Shown here piece by piece: positions 59,258 through 64,000 of a DNA stretch of 64,000 nucleotides. The stretch's first letter is position 1; every line of letters starts with the position of its first letter. Source of the stretch: Camelus ferus (lineage: Eukaryota); assembly GCF_009834535.1 (NCBI RefSeq), contig NC_045697.1, positions 42,844,001 to 42,908,000 on the forward strand, given 5' to 3'. The translations under genes and the position numbers were made by a program. The notes under the pieces were generated by a model, which saw only the letters and a list, made by a program, of their open reading frames with translations, did no database searches and was not told where the DNA came from.

Positions 59258-62200
59258 GTATCTAACAGATCTATCTCTGTACTTTGGACACAGACTAGTG
59301 TTTTTAAGGTAAAGCCTCTGGAGGAAGGCACCTTTTATGATTACTTAAAACTCATTTGAAAATGCCACCAGAATGACCTCACATGTTGTGAAAGAAGCAC
59401 TGCGTAACTGCATCAGGGTCAAAATCTGTGAGCCCTAGTGGTGGTTTCCATTTCTTGCTGGTAACCTGACCCCAGAAAAGTCACTTAACTTTGGTAAGGT
59501 TCTGTTTCCTCACCTATAAAATTATCTTAATGATAATTACTGCCTCACAAAGTTGTGAAACTCAAAAGCAAAAGGGCTTTATAAATATAAAGTGGCACAT
59601 AAATAAATGTGAGAAGGGATGACTGCATCCTATAATATGGTTGTATAGGCTGGCTAACTGGGTCATACTATCGTTTCAAGTGAAGGAACCTCAGACATGG
59701 AAAGAACCTGGATCTGGTTTCACAATCAAGTACTATTTATCTCACTAACATGGCCACAAACACACTTTCATCTTTACTCTGGCTGATTGGATGCTGAGAA
59801 AGATTTTCTTTAGGGGGAGAAAGCTCAGGGAAAGAAAAAAAGGTACAAAGGAGAGAAGGGACCCTGAGTTTTGAGTTAGGACCGAGGGTTTGGAATTCCC
59901 CCTTTATCTTTCTTTTGAGAACGGGGGACACAACTCTCTTCCCGAGACAGTCAAGGGGGCCAGAAGGCAGGAGACAGAGGGAATAAGTGATAGGCACTGA
60001 AGCTGCTATTGGTTACCTGGGATGAAGGGAGGAAGGGAGGCAGCACATCCCTAGAAAAATAAAGGAAGGCCCCCCAAAGTCAGTAGAGCTGATTCTTGAT
60101 TAAGAGAAAAGTTCCTGTAAGACCTTGCTCCTTCCAGAGTGAGCTTGGGCGTTACTTGCCAATTGAAGTCGATGGGCAGAGAGTTCCTCTTCTCTGCCCG
60201 ACTGTACTCTAGTACATCCCTTCCAACACAGCAGAAGCAGAGAAGTCAGTGCACCAGGCTAACAGTAAGAACTGCAAGTACAGTTGAAGACTAGGGCTTT
60301 ATGCCTTTGGCTAAGAAGCCAGCCTGGTGCCAGCCTAGGTATTCTGATAAAGGTAATTACAAAGAGGAAAGGGACTGCAAAGGCAAGTACGAAATCAGCA
60401 CACTGTCATCAACCCCCTTGATACAGAGAGTAAGGCAGAAGTGGATGATTTCAAGGGGCTTTGCTTTTGGCACACTTAAGGTGACTGTGTCAGCCAGGGA
60501 TCCATGCTCTACCGAGAAGGATCATGGTGTCCAGTAGGCTTGCCTGCTTTCCTGCCTCCTTCCCTCCCTGTCTCCTCTTCTTCCCCTTCCTCTTCCCTCT
60601 CCTCCTCCTTCTTCTCCTTTACAGTACAGTGTTCTGGTATTTCACCCAGGGGAAGAATGTGCCTCAAAGAGACTTGAAATGCCAGAGTGGGTGACAGTTT
60701 GGACAGAGCCACAACTGCACTATCTCTTGGAAAATTAAAACACAGAATAGTCAGACTGCAAGGGCACAGGCTCAGGTGCTTCTTGTTTACTGTTGTATCC
60801 CCAGCACAGTGCCTGGCACATGGGGGGTTTTCAAGGAATATTTCTTGAATGTACGTACACATGTGTGCACGCACACACATATACACACACACACCAATTA
60901 AGCCACAGGGAACTTTGCACTTTCTTGAAGGTCTTTAAGAAAATGACAGACCTTTAATGTAACCTTCTCCCATCTCCCTGCCTGGAGGCAGAGAACTGAT
61001 CTCCAAGCTATTGGGAATCTCATTTAGCTTTGAGTATTTATGTAAACATCCGACAAGCTGCTGTAAAAATACATGTGAAGAGTTTAAGTAGCAAATGGGT
61101 GAATTCAATGTAAAGATTTTTATGGGATAAAATGGAAGATCAAGTAAAGGTATTATACAGTTACTTTAAAATAGCTTTGAAATAAAATCTTCAGCATAAT
61201 CGTTTGTAGTAATGTATGTCACTCTCCAAGGCACATGGGTTATAATTATGCATAAAACAATAAATAAGCAGAGCACTTATTGACCATTTATAATACTCTT
61301 TGCAGCTGAAACGCATGTCTCGTTCACTGATTCCATCAGAGAGTCTGCAATACCAAACTTAGTTTTCCAGCAATATTTTCTTTGGGACAAAAATCTGCGA
61401 AGATATAAATTAATACAACAAACTCCTATATGATTTAACTGGTGTTTCCTGCTGTTAGGGGATTCTGGCTGTCTAAGACTTGGAAGCATTTCTCTTGGTC
61501 CCCTTCCATCTCTGTCATGCTATTCCCAGTACCTGAAGAGCCTGGATAGTGGAGAACTTGGCATCTTCAGAGACCTCTCTGTGGTGAACTGATCCCTGGA
61601 GAGGCTGTGAGAGGTGTGAGCAGCCTGTGCAGGAGATCTTGCTGCAGGTAGGTGGTGGTGGGTTTGAAGTCAACTTCCTCTTGACCTGTTGGTCAAGGTT
61701 ACAATTAAGCTGTTTTCTTTAGTCCACTTCCTTTCCTTTCTTCTAGAACAGTGAATTTAGGAGCTCCTGGTCTTCCCTCCACATGCCCCCGACCCAGTTA
61801 ACTTCTGTATTGAAAGCCAACAGCCAATGATCACTTTTATTTCCAAGGGGAAGGTTTAAATTTTTTTTTTTTTCTGAAGAGAGGGTCATGAATCTAGGAT
61901 CTAAGGAAGATGAGGGATAAGTAAGTCCAGACCTCAGGTCTCTTAAACAAAACGATGAAACTAGAACTATCTCCCACCCCCCATAGTTCCTTATACCCAT
62001 CTTCCCAAGTGGATATGAATTTATCCACTTACAATGGCTTCATCATTCAACAACTTTTCTTCAGTACCTTTTCTATATTGATGACAGCCACCCCACTGTC
62101 TCCTAGCTGCACGGGCAAGCCTTGAAAAGCCCTTTGTGTGGTACCTTCACTCCCTCCAAATCGGGGAGATCCTTACCTGGGGAGTGGGGGTGTGGTCTGT

Positions 62201-62869
62201 GAGTCTCAGCTCCACAGCCTAAGTTGGGGCTGTCTATTTGACCTGGTCCTACTCCGCTGGGCAGAAAAGTCGCTTTCCTTTTAAGGCTCTGTTTCCTGGA
62301 TCATACCTTTTACCTGAATTGGCACCGTGAGGCTCTCTTTAAAGGACAGGGACTGTATAAGAGCAGAGAATGAGGGAACACAGCCTCCCCAGGGGAAAAG
62401 GGCTGTATCTGGTGTGGGAAGGTTTCCCGGAATGGGACAAATGTTCCTTCCTAAAGGAAAAGTTTGGCATGTTTTTTGTGTCCCACCTACAGGCAGGGCC
62501 TGAAATAATCTCGCCAAAGCCTGGGAGGTTGTGCCTGGCCTAGGCCTCCTGGAACTTTCTGTACAGGTGATGACAGGGCTTGAAGGCCAGGAAGTCTCAG
62601 AAGTCCTTCTAGTTCAAAAAGGGCCTGGAAACAAAAAATGGTAAGTTTGCAGGGGCTGAGGTTCCCTTTGAATCATAAAGTTCTGAAGGAGGCAAATTGG
62701 AATTCATCCTGATTAAATGAAAGACAATTTAAAAAACAGTTTGCCTCATTCTATTTGCTCTGAAAGGGATTCTCCACTGAGAAATCCTATATATAGGCTC
62801 GAGCTGCGTCCTCTCTTGTCTCTCTAACTTGCACCCTGTGGGTCCTTGAGCCCAGGGGTACAAAGAGGG

Positions 62870-64000
62870 GCAAGCGTGCACGAGAATGTCTGGTGGGGGA
62901 AGGCCAGCGGTGGTACCTGCTGAGTGCATGACACGAGGATTGAGGCAGGTAGAGCTCACTGGATGGGTTTGCTTCTCTAGTTTGCTTCCTGACGGCTTTA
63001 AGCCCAGGGGGCGGCGCCTCTGTGGACACCTGCATCGCACATCCCATCCTCCCAGGAAGCTCGGGCGCTTACCCTCAGGGACAGGTGCTGCAGGTCCCGG
63101 ACCCCTTCAGACCCCCCTAGAGCGGGAAAGGGCGCCTGTGGCCGCAGCCTTCCGTCGTCAGGCTGTCCCTTACTTTATAGACCCCCTCTTCTCGTACTCT
63201 CTCCTCTGAGACCCTCCCAAGATATGCAATGAGCTAAAATCCAGTCACTGGACAGCGGGTCTCAGGGTACTCATCTCCGCACATCACCAGACTCTCGCTA
63301 CCATGTTCTCTAGCTTTCAGAGGTGACAAGGCCCAGGAAATTCTACAGAGTTCGGCAGTGGCAGGCACCAGGTTTCTCTCTCTGGTCCCGGTTCTGCCTT
63401 TTGGCAAATTCCTTACTGACAGCCCAGCCAAACGAAGTGTGTTTGGGATTCAGGACGTTGGTCGCGCCACACCTGGCCCCAGTTCGCTTGAGCCGGGGGC
63501 AGGAGCCAACCCCGGGCCTGTAGCAGGCCCAGCCGCTGGGCACAGTCCTGCGGGGGCCTGGGGGCTCCGCTTGCCATTGCCGCGTGTGCGCAGCCAGTCG
63601 GGCTCCTTTCTGTGGGACAGCTTCCCACTGAAACGACAGGGCTCGCGACCGACCAGATGGGGGCCCACCGATAGTTCCGAGCCCCGCGGTACTATCTTCC
63701 TTTGATAACGCTCTCCCCAGAACTGATCCTCTCGCAAACCGACCCCCCCTCCCCAACACACACACTTGACAGCGCGGCTTCGCAGAGGAATTAAAACCAG
63801 ATACCAAGGGCAGAGCCGAGCACGGTCCACTCTCCTTTCTTTTCCACCCTTAGGAGTTTTAGGCCGAGCCTGGCAGCCCCAAGTAGGCGCTGCGGCCCGG
63901 GCGCGACCCCTGTAGGCTGGGCGGGCTGTTCAGGCGCTCGGGATCCCGGCTGGGGCTGGGCCCACGGAGGCCGAGCGCGCCCCCTGCAGGCATGGCGAGG
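62870..64000. promoter_or_regulatory. Downstream CpG island (runs off the window edge)
   Basis: CpG density rises towards the end (e.g. GCTGCGGCCCGGGCGCGACC). No recognisable protein ORF. Confidence 0.75.

Overview
Mammalian genomic DNA, most likely camelid (alpaca/llama/camel): three tRNA-derived SINEs match the Vic-1 head, and I saw no Alu, B1 or Bov-tA. The only protein-coding gene I can support is the homeobox gene NKX6-1 on the + strand. It has three coding exons (47646-48315, 50028-50200, 52381-52638), giving 1101 nt or 366 aa. All splice sites are GT-AG. The promoter is a CpG island with CCAAT boxes and no recognised TATA box, the leader is long and GC-rich, and there is an AATAAA at 53165. 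The first ~41 kb is intergenic and full of old transposons (L2, MIR, L1M, MaLR/ERVL/ERV1 LTRs, hAT DNA transposons). It includes two decayed class I endogenous-retrovirus remnants: a minus-strand element with a tRNA-Arg-like primer site and two divergent gag-matrix starts in tandem, and an LTR-less, multiply deleted pol/env fragment. The gene sits in a ~14 kb zone with no recognisable transposons, and a second CpG island runs off the right edge. I found no evidence for a new multi-gene system. The best leads are the ERV architectures, an orphan CpG patch and candidate cis-regulatory elements. Repeat family names come from recognition by eye, not RepeatMasker; boundaries without TSD/TIR support are approximate.
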